NCBI GenBank assembly: GCA_964035575.1
Contig: OZ037835.1
Location: 1,302,001-1,366,000 of the forward strand
DNA: 64,000 bases
Direction: 5' to 3'
Source: Rhynchopus sp. YZ270_cl-10
Taxonomy: Eukaryota
In this document: piece after piece, positions 1 to 10,993 of the stretch
How the letters are laid out: every line of letters begins with the position of its first letter
Position numbering within the stretch: the first letter of the stretch is position 1
Translations under genes and position numbers: made by a program
The notes under the pieces: generated by a model
What the model saw: only the letters and a program-made list of their open reading frames with translations
Told to the model about the DNA's origin: nothing
Databases searched by the model: none

Positions 1-1163
1 TCGCACTAGCCCACGATGGCCGCACCGCAGGTCACTTCACGCCGGTCAATATCCCCGAGAAGCTGACGCAGTTCCTCCTCATGCATGAACCGACCCCGCG
101 CCTGCCGCCTCTCACTTGTGTGTCACGCGAGGGGCTTCTGGACTGCCCCCTGGAAGACTCACGGGCGGATTTCGGGAAATGCGAGCTGTGCTCGGCTGCG
201 GTCCTCGGTCGTGAACGTCATTGGGAGTGTCGGGAGTGCTCAGTTTGGGTGTGTGTGCCGTGTCGTTCCCTCCCCTCAACCTGCCCGCGGGCCCTGCCAG
301 TGTCCAGCAAGCCATGCGCGGCGAGGATCATTGCGCGCGCGCACGAGATGATTGACCCCAAGAGCATTAACTTGGTGAAGGTACAGCGTGAAGCTCGCGT
401 GACCAGCCAAGTGGAGACTGCAAAGGCGCGGAGGGCACAGACGCAACGCAACATGAGACAGGCATCATCAGACGTCCAGGGACAAGAGAGCGGCTACTCC
501 ACCACACATTCAGCCCTCCCTACTCCGGTCGCGTCCTCGGTGCCCCCTGTCGCACAAGCAGTTGCCCGTCCCGGCGCCTCTGCGCAGTCACACCCTGGTT
601 CGGACGGGGCAACACAACCTCAGACCGGTACGGAGAGTGGCTTCTCAAACACCCACTCAGCCCTCCCCGTATCTTCTTCCTCTGAGGCAGTTCCCTCTTC
701 CGTCCACCCGAGAGAGCAGCCGCCCGCCGCATCGCAGGGCAGCGAGTTCTCTATGGACCTCATCGACGAATCAGAACTCGCAGTCCCCATGTCTGACGCC
801 ACTTCGGCCCCCAGCACGTACACGCAATCGGAGAGTGGCTCTCAACCCGCACCTACAGCCCTCCCGACCAACGTGCCGTTCTATGCCGGTATGGCGCCCT
901 GCCCAGGATTCAACAACATGGGGTGTCCAGCGACCGCCGAGGCGTGGAAGGACACGTTCTACCCGAACACGCTTCAGCACCAGTCGCTGGCAGCGGGAGG
1001 GGATTGGCAGTCGGTGGATGACGCCCTCACCTGCCTCTACCTGTGGAAAGAAGCGAAGAAGCCGTCGATGAGCTCCGACGAGGTGGAAGAGGCTTACACC
1101 CTCTACAACCGTCTGCGGGGCCTAAAGCGGAGCAGGAACTCGCGGCCGTCCCAGAGCACTTGA
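1..1163 (+). CDS. 3' part of an uncharacterised protein with a Cys-rich zinc-finger-like segment and a Ser/Pro/Thr-rich linker; ORF runs in from before the window
   Basis: The frame of ORF 81..1163 is open back to base 3 (ALAHDGRTAGHFTPV...). It contains CELC...CREC...CVPC, has coding-like GC, and the stop is followed by a T-rich tract. Confidence 0.6.
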   Translation, partial: ALAHDGRTAGHFTPVNIPEKLTQFLLMHEPTPRLPPLTCVSREGLLDCPLEDSRADFGKCELCSAAVLGRERHWECRECSVWVCVPCRSLPSTCPRALPVSSKPCAARIIARAHEMIDPKSINLVKVQREARVTSQVETAKARRAQTQRNMRQASSDVQGQESGYSTTHSALPTPVASSVPPVAQAVARPGASAQSHPGSDGATQPQTGTESGFSNTHSALPVSSSSEAVPSSVHPREQPPAASQGSEFSMDLIDESELAVPMSDATSAPSTYTQSESGSQPAPTALPTNVPFYAGMAPCPGFNNMGCPATAEAWKDTFYPNTLQHQSLAAGGDWQSVDDALTCLYLWKEAKKPSMSSDEVEEAYTLYNRLRGLKRSRNSRPSQST

Positions 1164-1456
1164 GTTTTTCTTTTTCATTCTTTACTTTTGTTTGGCTTTT
1201 AGCCTCCCCCCTCCCCCTTTGCCTATTGGTTTTATTTTATTTTATTTTTAGAATTAGAGTGTACAGCTAGGTAGGACCAGACGTCGTTAACAGCTATGAA
1301 CCAAAGAGGTTCTCAGTGTCGTCGGCCAAGCCCCTTCACCAAAAAAGACTACAACAAGAAAACAAACACACAGAAAAAAAAGTAAAAGAATGCCCTTCCT
1401 CAGTCCGGAAGTATCACCTCAACCGGTCACACCTGCCGTAAAATAGAGAGAGGTTA

Positions 1457-2487
1457 CAGAATACAAAAAATAGTGAAAAAACGGCTTTTTGACGGTTTTG
1501 GCCATGTTGGGCAAAATAGCGTTTTTTCAAGAAAAAACCAAAAAAACGGTTATTTTTCGACATCACAAAACCTCCTTTGGCACAAATATACCCCAAAAGT
1601 GGCCTGTGAGTCCATTCCAACCTGTTTTGGACATATTTGACACTTTTGGAAGTGTTTTTTTGGTGTTTTTACGTCAAAAAACATACCCTGGCAATACCCT
1701 GACCGCGCTCCGGCAGCATTCCGGCATGCTGTTTGACCCATATAGGGGTCAAGAAATGGCCAAAAACCCCCGAAAAAGCACTCCGGGAACCCAGATAGTT
1801 CCAAATATCCACCAGACACCCACCCAAACACCGCAGAAACACGACAGAAAGTCGTCTTGAAAAACACACTTTTTTCAAAAAGCTCGTCAGACAGGCTCCA
1901 TAATAGCCTTTTTGAAAAAAGTGTGTTTTTCAAGACGACTTTCTGTCGTATTTCTGCGGTGTTTGGGTGGGTGTCTGGTGGATATTTGGAACTATCTGGG
2001 TTCCCGGAGTGCTTTTTCGGGGGTTTTTGGCCATTTCTTGACCCCTATATGGGTCAAACAGCATGCCGGAATGCTGCCGGAGCGCGGTCAGGGTATTGCC
2101 AGGGTATGTTTTTTGACGTAAAAACACCAAAAAAACACTTCCAAAAGTGTCAAATATGTCCAAAACAGGTTGGAATGGACTCACAGGCCACTTTTGGGGT
2201 ATATTTGTGCCAAAGGAGGTTTTGTGATGTCGAAAAATAACCGTTTTTTTGGTTTTTTCTTGAAAAAACGCTATTTTGCCCAACATGGCCAAAACCGTCA
2301 AAAAGCCGTTTTTTCACTATTTTTTTCCATTTTTTTGTATTCTGGGGTGGCTTCTGGGTCGTTTTTCGGCCCACAGGCCCTCTGTGACCCACTCTGAGGG
2401 TGTTTTTCACCCGCAGTTGCCTTGGAGATGACCAGAAGTTTAATAATGAGTTTTTTGTACGGTAATTTTACTCACAGTCGGACCCCC
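1457..2487. mobile_element. Foldback (palindromic) non-autonomous element, left terminus lost
   Basis: Arms ~1457-1882 and 1908-2344 are near-perfect reverse complements around a 25 nt loop (one substitution, one ~11 nt indel). The right end AGTCGGACCCCC|TA (2487) matches the TIR family of the MITE at 19308-19896, with which 1935-2487 is collinear. Confidence 0.75.
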
Positions 2488-2494
2488 TAACCCC

Positions 2495-5060
2495 CCCCTT
2501 GACAGCGTTTTTATAACCGAACACAAAAAACCGTTTCCCCCTCTGCCGGTTGGTGCATGGGGGTATCTGCAACGTGTCTTTGCTAATGTACTTCGTAGCA
2601 ACCTCGCGGTCTTTATATCCTTCGACAACTCGCCTAAGTACCCAGAAGAGGGTCTGTGCTCAATGTGGGCGGAATCCTTTTACACTACAGAAGGAAAAGA
2701 CGTAAAGAGCAATATTACACAAAGTGGCGTAGTCCGCATGAGTGCTCCTCAATGTGTACGGCTACCTACAAAGGAAGCAACTCCCACAACCCCACCACAA
2801 AACAGAGCAACACAAAAGGAAGACAAAATGGAACTAGTTATCAAGGACTGTGCAGGCAACTCGTACATGATCGAGGTGGGTGTGGATGACACAACGGAGA
2901 CTATGCGGCAGACGGTGGCGTCTGCAGTAGGGTTGGCTGAGGACAGCTTCCTCATGGGCTTCGGAGGGAAGGAGGAAGGAGACGACATCACGCAGCTGAG
3001 TGCTGGAGACGCAGTCGTGTTGACGAAAAGTAAGAAGTTCGTGGCCAGAGCAGCACTTCATGCGTTGGGTGAGGACATCACAGCAGAGAGGCTGGTGACT
3101 GTGAGAGATCCTGAGGTTGCGTGTTTGCTTCTGCAGGCGGAGGTTGCGACTGTCATTCCGAATCAGTTCTTGGCACAGACATCGTTAACAGCACTTGATC
3201 TGAGTGCTGTGTCTTGTGTGACGGAAACTGGTGATAAGTTTCTTCACCAGTGCACATCGTTGACGAGCGTCGACCTGTCTGGGTTGACACGTCTCACGCG
3301 GATTGGTACCAAGTTTCTTGCCAAGTGCACCAGCCTCACATCAGTAGACTTATCACCACTTCGCAACGTTACACAAATTGATGACTGCTTTCTTTCCAAC
3401 TGCACCAGCCTCACCTCAGTAGACTTAACACCATTTCGCAATGTTACACACATTGATGACCGGTTTCTTTCCAACTGCAGCAGCCTCACAACAGTAGACT
3501 TAACACCTCTTCACAATATTACTCAGATTGACGCATGCTTTCTTGCCGACTGCACCAGCCTCACAGCGGTAGACTTAACACCATTTCGCAATGTTACTCA
3601 CATTGCTGAACAGTTTCTTGCCCACTGCAGCAGCCTCACAGCAGTAGACTTATCACCACTTCTCAATGTTACTCACATCGACGTCTGCTTTCTTTCGAAC
3701 TGCACCAGCCTCACAACAGTTGACTTATCCCCACTTAGCAATGTTACGTACTTTGGTGCCCTTCCTGCTGACGGCTGCACTTCGTTGAGGAGCATCTTCC
3801 TCACCGGCTGCAGCAGTGCTGTGTCCACTCGAGTGCGTCAATGCAAGCTGAATAAGTATGTGGTTGACGCACCTCCGACACGCAGCGGAGACAAGACACA
3901 AGCAGCTGTGCATTGCTGCAGTGTTTCGTAAAGAGCGACAGGAGAAGCTAGGCAAGGAACGTAGAGCAGCTCCGCTGTGACAGCTGCTTGTCCCATTCTG
4001 CGACGTCGGTGTGAGTCTGAGAAGACAGTGTCTGAATGAGAGTCAGTGAGGCACTCAGAATACACAGTTGCTTTCTCGTTGTGTAACTGTGCCATGCCAG
4101 CGAACCAAACACCGTGTAAAATGATCTCGGAGTGCACGTGCGTTCGCTCAAGATACTGCGCAGCTCGTCCTTCTCCAGTACACGTGTGATCCATTTCGTG
4201 TCGGAACGACATCCACACTAATACAACGAGGCTCGATTATTACGACACCATGGTGCACACAGACCACAGACAGGTCTACGGGCTGTATGTAGTGACCAAC
4301 CCCACAGCAAAGGGGTAACACAAGGTGCACGACGAAGTGAGTTGACTGTGGTGTTGCTGTGGGGTGGAAGCGTACAACTAACAAACTCACCCCCTGTTTC
4401 GTTTCCCGTTTTTCCTGTGTGGGTGAAGATAGTTATTGACACCGTAGTATTTACCGTTGTGAGAGGGGTGGAGAGGGTGGGATGGGCGGGGTGGGGACAA
4501 TGGGCGAGTTTTTGTTTCATAAAAAGCGCCAACAAATTTGTTACAATTTGTATAATCTGCCAAACGGGGTGCGGTTTGGTGTGTTTAGCATTTGAGTCGA
4601 TGCCAAACACCCCATACCGTTGTTCTACTTTCAGGTCGCGAAAGTGCCGGGAGGTATCCAGAACCACCCCCAACACGATTTTCTGGGGGGTTTTGCGGGT
4701 GAAAAGGGGCAACACACAGATGGTTCCGTCACACAACCCATACTGTTTTTATTCCACAGAACCGATATGTGTGTCTCCCAAACAACAAAAAAGCAGATGA
4801 ATAAACATGTTGGAAGCAAAAAAGGAAGAACAAAACAATGTTGTTTCCTACAGGGATATGCTCTGAGTAACTATACAATGGTAGCGACCACATTGTAAAT
4901 GTGGTGCATGGGAGAGAAATATGGAGAGCTTTGTGTGCGAATGCAAAGGAAAACATGGTGCTTTGTGAATGAAGCGAGCCTCTCACGCAATGAACCGTAT
5001 ATCATCTATTGTTTTAACCACCCAACACCCCATCACACACACACACCACCCCCCCCCTTT
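2495..5060 (+). repeat. Segmental duplication unit 1 (leader + UBL-LRR gene + ~1.1 kb 3' flank)
   Basis: Near-identical to ~10660-13250 outside the LRR array, apart from a few 3' deletions. Confidence 0.9.
2828..3931 (+). CDS. UBL-like domain + 25-aa BspA/LRR_5-like leucine-rich repeat protein (about 9 repeats), C-terminal CCSVS CaaX-like motif
   Basis: Repeat consensus CxSLTxVDLxPxxNVTxIxxxFLxx. N-terminal MELVIKDCAGNSYMIEVGVDDTTETMRQTVA resembles a beta-grasp start. ATG 2828 was chosen because all three paralogs share it. Confidence 0.85.
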   Translation: MELVIKDCAGNSYMIEVGVDDTTETMRQTVASAVGLAEDSFLMGFGGKEEGDDITQLSAGDAVVLTKSKKFVARAALHALGEDITAERLVTVRDPEVACLLLQAEVATVIPNQFLAQTSLTALDLSAVSCVTETGDKFLHQCTSLTSVDLSGLTRLTRIGTKFLAKCTSLTSVDLSPLRNVTQIDDCFLSNCTSLTSVDLTPFRNVTHIDDRFLSNCSSLTTVDLTPLHNITQIDACFLADCTSLTAVDLTPFRNVTHIAEQFLAHCSSLTAVDLSPLLNVTHIDVCFLSNCTSLTTVDLSPLSNVTYFGALPADGCTSLRSIFLTGCSSAVSTRVRQCKLNKYVVDAPPTRSGDKTQAAVHCCSVS

Positions 5061-5061
5061 A

Positions 5062-7135
5062 GGGGGTGCAACCTACGTGGGAATTGCTGTCACAAACCCA
5101 TTTTTTTGATTTTTATGCCAAAAAATCCACTAAAAAGGTCGTACCTGGCCGCAAATCGCCCTGGGGATCACCAAAATATCCCATTAAACCACCTGACAAC
5201 CTCCACAGAGACTTTCCTGATTAAAAAAAAAATCGGTTTTTTGCGAAAAAAAGGCCGAAAATCTGTAACGCTCGTGTAACGCTATTGGGTCAATTTTCAA
5301 CACTTGCCAAAAAAATTTTCTGAGCAGATATTGTGCCTTCTAAACACCCGAAAACCACCTCGGTCCACCTCCACTGGGGTCCCGGGGTGGAAATGTATGG
5401 TTTTTGCAGCTTTTAGGGGTCCTGTGTGGGCCCCAGATGCATTCTGTAGTGTCTGAAACGCATAAAAAAGCAGTGCATCCCTCAGTTCTTAGCCTAGTTA
5501 CACACATAACAACCCCAAAAAAAGTGTCCGCAGGTCCACAGAAGTCCCCAAAACCACTCCAAAGTGATTGCCGGACCCCACCGGGGGTGGAATACCCTGT
5601 TTTCGGGTCCAAAATGCGTGTTTTTTCAGTGCTGTCCCCACCTGTAACAGTTGTAACAGTACTGTAACAGTAGCACCTCCCCGGCTAAAATGTGATTTTT
5701 GTGTATAAAAAAAATTCAAAATTTTCAGCAAAGGCATACAAAAAAATAGACTTTTGGCTCCAAAACCCCCCAGAAATCGCTCCGTGCACACATCTGACTG
5801 GAAAAAACCTATTTTCCTCTTGTTTTGGACTATTTAAAAAAATTGAATTTTTTGATAAATCGCCCTGTATCAAATACCCTCAGAAAACGGTGAAAACGGG
5901 TTGAAAACGCTACAAAAAGTGTCAAAAAAAGCTCCCAAAAGTGCCAAAACGTGCCAAATAGTGAGGAATAGTCCCACAAATGTGTTTTCTGGGGTGGTTT
6001 TGTGTTTTCGAATGATTTTTTTGCACTTTTTTACACTATTTATTTTGAATGTGTGTTTTCGGGTTTAAATAGCTGTTTAGTGGGGTTCTACTCCACTAAA
6101 TAAATCGAGCAAAAATATGGTGAACTCAGAGGAGGGGGTCATTCGGTTCGAAAAACGCTATTTCGGGCAATTAGAGCAAAAACAACGCCCTCAAATACAA
6201 GAATCAGTTTTGGAAAATCCCACTTTTTGGCTGAGTGGGTAAAGTAACCAGACCAGGTTGTGAAAAATAGCTGTTGGTTTTTTTTTGTTTGGGAAGATCG
6301 AGCGCGAAAACGTCCAAATACGTCATTTTTTTTGGAAAAAAATTACCCAGCAATTTTTCTAAATACAAGGTCCCCGACCCCCATTTTCACAAAAAAATTG
6401 GCCTATTTCTACAGCCATATTTGTACGGCAAATCTCTAACACTATTTATTTTGAATGTGTGTTTTCGGGTTTAAATAGCTGTTTAGTGGGGCTTCCCCGT
6501 AACCTGCGCCTTCGCTGCTTTTAAGGTGCTTTCTCTGGGTGCCCAGTACCCAGTACCCAGTACCCAGTACCCAGTACCCAGTACCCAGTACCCAGTACCC
6601 AGTACCCAGTACCCAGTACCCAGTACCCAGTACCCAGTACCCAGTACCCAGTACCCAGTACCCAGTACCCAGTACCCAGTACCCAGTACCCAGTACCCAG
6701 TACCCAGTACGGGTGACAAAATTCATTTATGACTGATATTTCAACTCGGTTAATTAGGGTGTGACAAATTAAACGATTTTCCAGTATTTTAGATGAGGTT
6801 AATGAAGAAAGTGGTAATAACTATGCATTGCCGTGAAATAAGGTAGCCTTTTTTTCACGCCACAGCGGATTTCCTACCAAAATAGACCTCTGGTGATCCA
6901 AAAAAATCAATTTTTTTGCTAAAAAACCACTTTTGCCCATTTTGGGGGAAAAGTCCATTTTTCACTAATTTTCCCCATTTTTGGTATTTCTGAGCCCACC
7001 AAAGTGTAAAAAAATGGTTTCATTGGATCCTCCGAACATTTTTGGGGTGGGTATGTGTCTAGTTTTCCCCGGGAAACGAGTTTCTATGTTGCAAAAAATT
7101 TTTATTTCACTTTTTGTGAGGACAATGCGACCCCC
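5062..7135. mobile_element. Putative TA-flanked, GGGGG-ended non-autonomous element (composite)
   Basis: Starts TA|GGGGGTGCA and ends TGCGACCCCC|TA once the 7137-10641 insert is removed. 5085-5620 is a diverged single-arm copy of the 37111-38355 foldback. The TIR is short and imperfect. Confidence 0.5.
6542..6710. repeat. (CCCAGTA)n 7-mer satellite, ~24 copies
   Basis: Perfect tandem array. The same ~45 bp left flank (CCCCGTAACCTGCGCC...CTCTGGGTG) precedes the array at 58238. Confidence 0.95.
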
Positions 7136-7136
7136 T

Positions 7137-10100
7137 CACGACGGACTAGTTATGGCCATGACAGGTGATATGACAGGTGGTGTTACTAGTTATAAATATG
7201 ACAGGTGATAATTGAATATTACTAGTAATATGACAGGTGGTACCTGTAAAATGACAGGTGCACCTGTCATTTTGACAGGTGGTACCTGTCAAATGACAGG
7301 TGGTACCTGTCAAAATGACAGGTACCACCTGTCATATGACAGGTGTTTTTGCCGGTGGCTATTGCCTCCCAGGGAAAGGGACTCTCGAATTTTTTTTTTG
7401 CCCCCTTTTAGGGCGAATTTCGACGATTTGAGGCCATTAAAAGCAAAATTTGACACTTTTGAGCATCTATGGGGGTCTATAACGCGATTTTGCGCACCCG
7501 ATTTTTCGTGGGATTTACGAAAGACAAGTCAATTTTTGACCCCAAAAAAATTCACAAAATTGCCCTCGGTGGTCCTCACCCCCACACGTCCTCAATACTG
7601 GGCGAAAAAATGCAAAAAAATGCAAAAAAAAACGCAAAAATCGGGTGTTTGACCATCTGGGTGCACCAAATACACGGGAGTGCGGTACTAAGCCATAATC
7701 AGTCTTTCCGCGCTGAAGAATCCGATGAAGAATTCTTCATTGGAAAAAAATAAAAATACAAATAAAAAAATTGAAGAGGTGGGGTGGGGCCCGAAGGGCC
7801 GCCCACCTCTTTCATCTTCCTCCCAGCCTCCTCGCCCGAGCCATCTGCCGACTATTTCCTTCCGTTGCAACCCGACCTCGGAGATGACAAGGAGTGGGGA
7901 GAAGCTCCTGGTGGATCCGGCGAAGCCGGGGACAAGCAGAGAGGAGATGAAGACGCAACTGAAGAAGGAGTACGGGATAATGCGAGTTTGTGCGACTCGC
8001 CTTCTGACCCCCTGTTTCGTCTTGCGAAGATGAGCGGGAATTTTCGTGATTGAAGTTGGTGAAGACACGTCTCCGCTCACAAGTTGTCGACGAACCCCTT
8101 GATGCACTCTTGCATGCCAAGAACCATCCCGCGAGTACCTCAGTGAGGAGGTGTCCGCAGAGCTTCTGCATCTCTTTGAATATCATAAAGATCCACCCCA
8201 CCCACCACCGTGCGAAAGCTCGGACCCTTTTTAGGCCAGGAATTCTAGTTTCTCCGCCGGAGGCCCAGAACTTCCGGCGCGCTACGCGCGCCGGGCTCGG
8301 GACGTATTTACCTTTTATGCACAAAATCACTATTCTTCATCAAAAATCCCGCTGCATTTTTTACAATGTACCCTAATTTTTTTTCGCCTGCGGCGCCGCA
8401 CGTAGCGCGCCCGGGTTTGGGACCCCTTCTTGAATTTCGAGGGGGCGGTTCACGTTACAGTGGGTCCAGAATCGTAGTTCAATTTAACCCCGCTAAGTAA
8501 CTCGACCAAAACGTGTATCAGCCAAGAACTTGTCCATTTTTTTCAAAATGACCCCGTTACAGTGAGGGTAAAAGTTTGCGGAGATGCTCGGAAAACCCGA
8601 AAAAGGCCAAAAATCCCCCCAAAAGGGAAAAACGAGAACATGTTTCGGCAGGGGGGCAGCGTGTTCTCAGAAAAATCCAAAAATCACCTGAAATCCTTAT
8701 AAAAAACCTGGTGCCCGATCCAAAAAAATGGAAAAAGCCCGGGTGCCCGCCCACCCCTGCAAAAATCGACTTGTACAGCCATTGCTTTGGTGTGGGCTTG
8801 TTCACACCGGGCAGAGTGCGAGTTATTCTCAGCAACACGGCCCCGCCCGGCCCCCCAGATTTTTCCCGTAAGAAAACTACCTGCGCGAACCAGGCATTTT
8901 TTGTCCTCCCTCAAGTGCTCCCTCGAACCTGGCGGGAGGGAGGGAAATAGCTATTTACTGACGCAGTGGTGGGTTTGTACGTCCAATGATGTTCTCGTAC
9001 CTGGAGAGTGGACCGAGTGCGAGGTATGTTTTTAACCCCCGGTTTTCACCACCCCCGCTCCCCCTTTTCGACATTGTCCCGCTCTGGATGTACGTCTCGT
9101 CTCCGGATGTAAATTGAAGCTATTTTTTCCCGCCCAAATTAGCGACTACCAAGATTTGTGCTCCTCTATCTATCTCTTGTTGGGTGTCCGCCCCGGTACA
9201 GCCGGTCATGTACCAAGGTACACTGTTCACGAGAGGGTTTTGTATTTCAAGTCATTGACTCAACTTCTTTTTTTTTGTTAGTAACGTCACTTTTGTCCTC
9301 AATTTCTCTTAACAGGTACCCGAACCGACGACCCTTCATTGTGACAGCGAAGCAGTGCCGACGGACGAGCTGGTGCAAATATTTCAAAATCAGGTGGCGA
9401 CCGAGACCACCCCAATTATTATGAAACTCTTAGTCAGTCACTGCTATAGCCATTTAACCCAGGGAGCATAGCTAGTGCAAGAAATTCGACTTCGGGATCC
9501 GGAAAGTCTGTCCTCTGCTTGCGGAGGACTAGGCACAAGAAAATATTGCGTTCCCCCAGAAACCAATTTTTGTCACAGTAATTTTTGCCCAGGGCATGCT
9601 CTTGAAGCATGGCGGCTTGGTGTGAGAAGGGGCAGTGTGTTGTTTTGTTCTAGATTTCAACGGTTGTTAGAACGAGTCAAGTGGATGCTTATCTAAACAC
9701 TGACTTTAGTACAGACCCGAGAGATCACACATGACTTTGAGGAAAGAACAAAGCAATGCATCTGTACCCGCACGCCAGGTTGTAGTTACTTCAGAATTTT
9801 CTTAAGTTTGCGCGAAAGAGAGCGGGGGCAACTCCTTTGTATCATAAGCCCGCTGTGCAGAACAAAGCGAGGAACCTTAAAACACTACCTGCGTGGTGGC
9901 TGAATTCACATCCCTTAGAATTACCAGAATTCAGCCTTTGTTGAAGTAACGTACATACTTGTATGTGCGTGTCACGCTTCTCCATCCTTAAATGGGTGCA
10001 CTGCTTCACTGCAGCGGGTAAGCCTCTCTCGACTAGTGCAAACTTAAGAATTTTCTGCTGGAACTTACCAAAATCGATTTTCTTTCACCCCAAACACCCG

Positions 10101-10641
10101 CAACACCCCACCTGCTACTTTGGTAGCCTGTGTTGTTGGGAGTTGGTTCTCATGTTGATCCCCAGTGTTTTGCACTGCTTCTTCTGAGCCCAACGCTGTT
10201 TGGCCTGTCGACGTAATAAATACGAAGACAGGGCGGCGGTGCCAACAATTTTCCGATGATGTAACGTTTATCTGATTGATTTATCGTTTGATATACCTTG
10301 TGTCCTACTTCATGCACACCCAAGAAAGGTTATTGAACGGTACTTTCAAGCGATACTTCGTTATGTCATTGGGGGTACTTGGGTACCTGGGTACCTGGGT
10401 ACCTGGGTACCTGGGTACCTGGGTACCTGGGTACCTGGGTACCTGGGTACCTGGGTACCTGGGTACCTGGGTACCTGGGTACCTGGGTACCTGGGTACCT
10501 GGGTACCTGGGCACCTGGGTACCTGGTGCCTGTATTTTGACAGGTGGTACCTGTCAAAATGACAGGTACCACCTGTAAAAAAATTTCACCTGTCATTTTA
10601 CTAGTAAGATCACCTGTCATGGTCATAACTAGTCCGTCGTG
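7137..10641. mobile_element. Non-autonomous CACTA/CMC-like DNA transposon (3.5 kb)
   Basis: 33 bp TIR CACGACGGACTAGTTATG(G/A)CCATGACAGGTGAT with one mismatch. 2 bp TSD CT. Arrays of TGACAGGT subterminal repeats in both orientations at both ends. No intact transposase ORF. Confidence 0.8.
10373..10525. repeat. (GGGTACCT)n-type satellite inside the right end of the CACG element
   Basis: Tandem GGTACC-core units with variable G count, adjoining the GGTACCTGTCA subterminal repeats. Confidence 0.9.
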
Positions 10642-10993
10642 CTACCCCCCCCCCCCCCCCCCTTTGACAGCGTTTTTATAACCGAACACACAAAAAACCG
10701 TTTCCCCCTCTGCCGGTTGGTGCATGGGGTATCTGCAACGTGTCTTTGCTAATGTACTTCGTAGCAACCTCGCGGGCTTTGTATCCTTCCACAACTCGCC
10801 TAAGTACCCAGAAGAGGGTCTGTGCTCAATGTTGGCGGAATCCTTTTACACTACAGAAGGAAAAGACGTAAAGAGCAATATTACACAAAGTGGCGTAGTC
10901 CGCATGAGTGCTCCTCAATGTGTACGGCTACCTACAAAGGAAGCAACTCCCACAACCCCACCACACAACAGAGCAACACAAAAGGAAGACAAA

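Noticed and set aside
1489..2301. Mirror-image ORF pairs (also 37351-38103)
   Set aside because: They arise from palindrome symmetry in homopolymer-rich non-coding DNA; no protein motifs.
3250..3790. 75 nt periodic repeats as a CRISPR-like array
   Set aside because: They are in-frame LRR coding units. There are no unique spacers or cas genes, and the context is eukaryotic.
6442..6736. QYPVPST / GYWVLGT repeat ORFs (also 58023-58811, 10276-10626, 18011-18489, 20497-21051)
   Set aside because: Artefacts of 7-8 bp tandem repeats.
10724..10993. N-terminal ORF extensions of the LRR genes (starts 10724, 2663, 32922)
   Set aside because: Not consistent between paralogs. The shared ATG follows a likely acceptor and begins the UBL-like domain.
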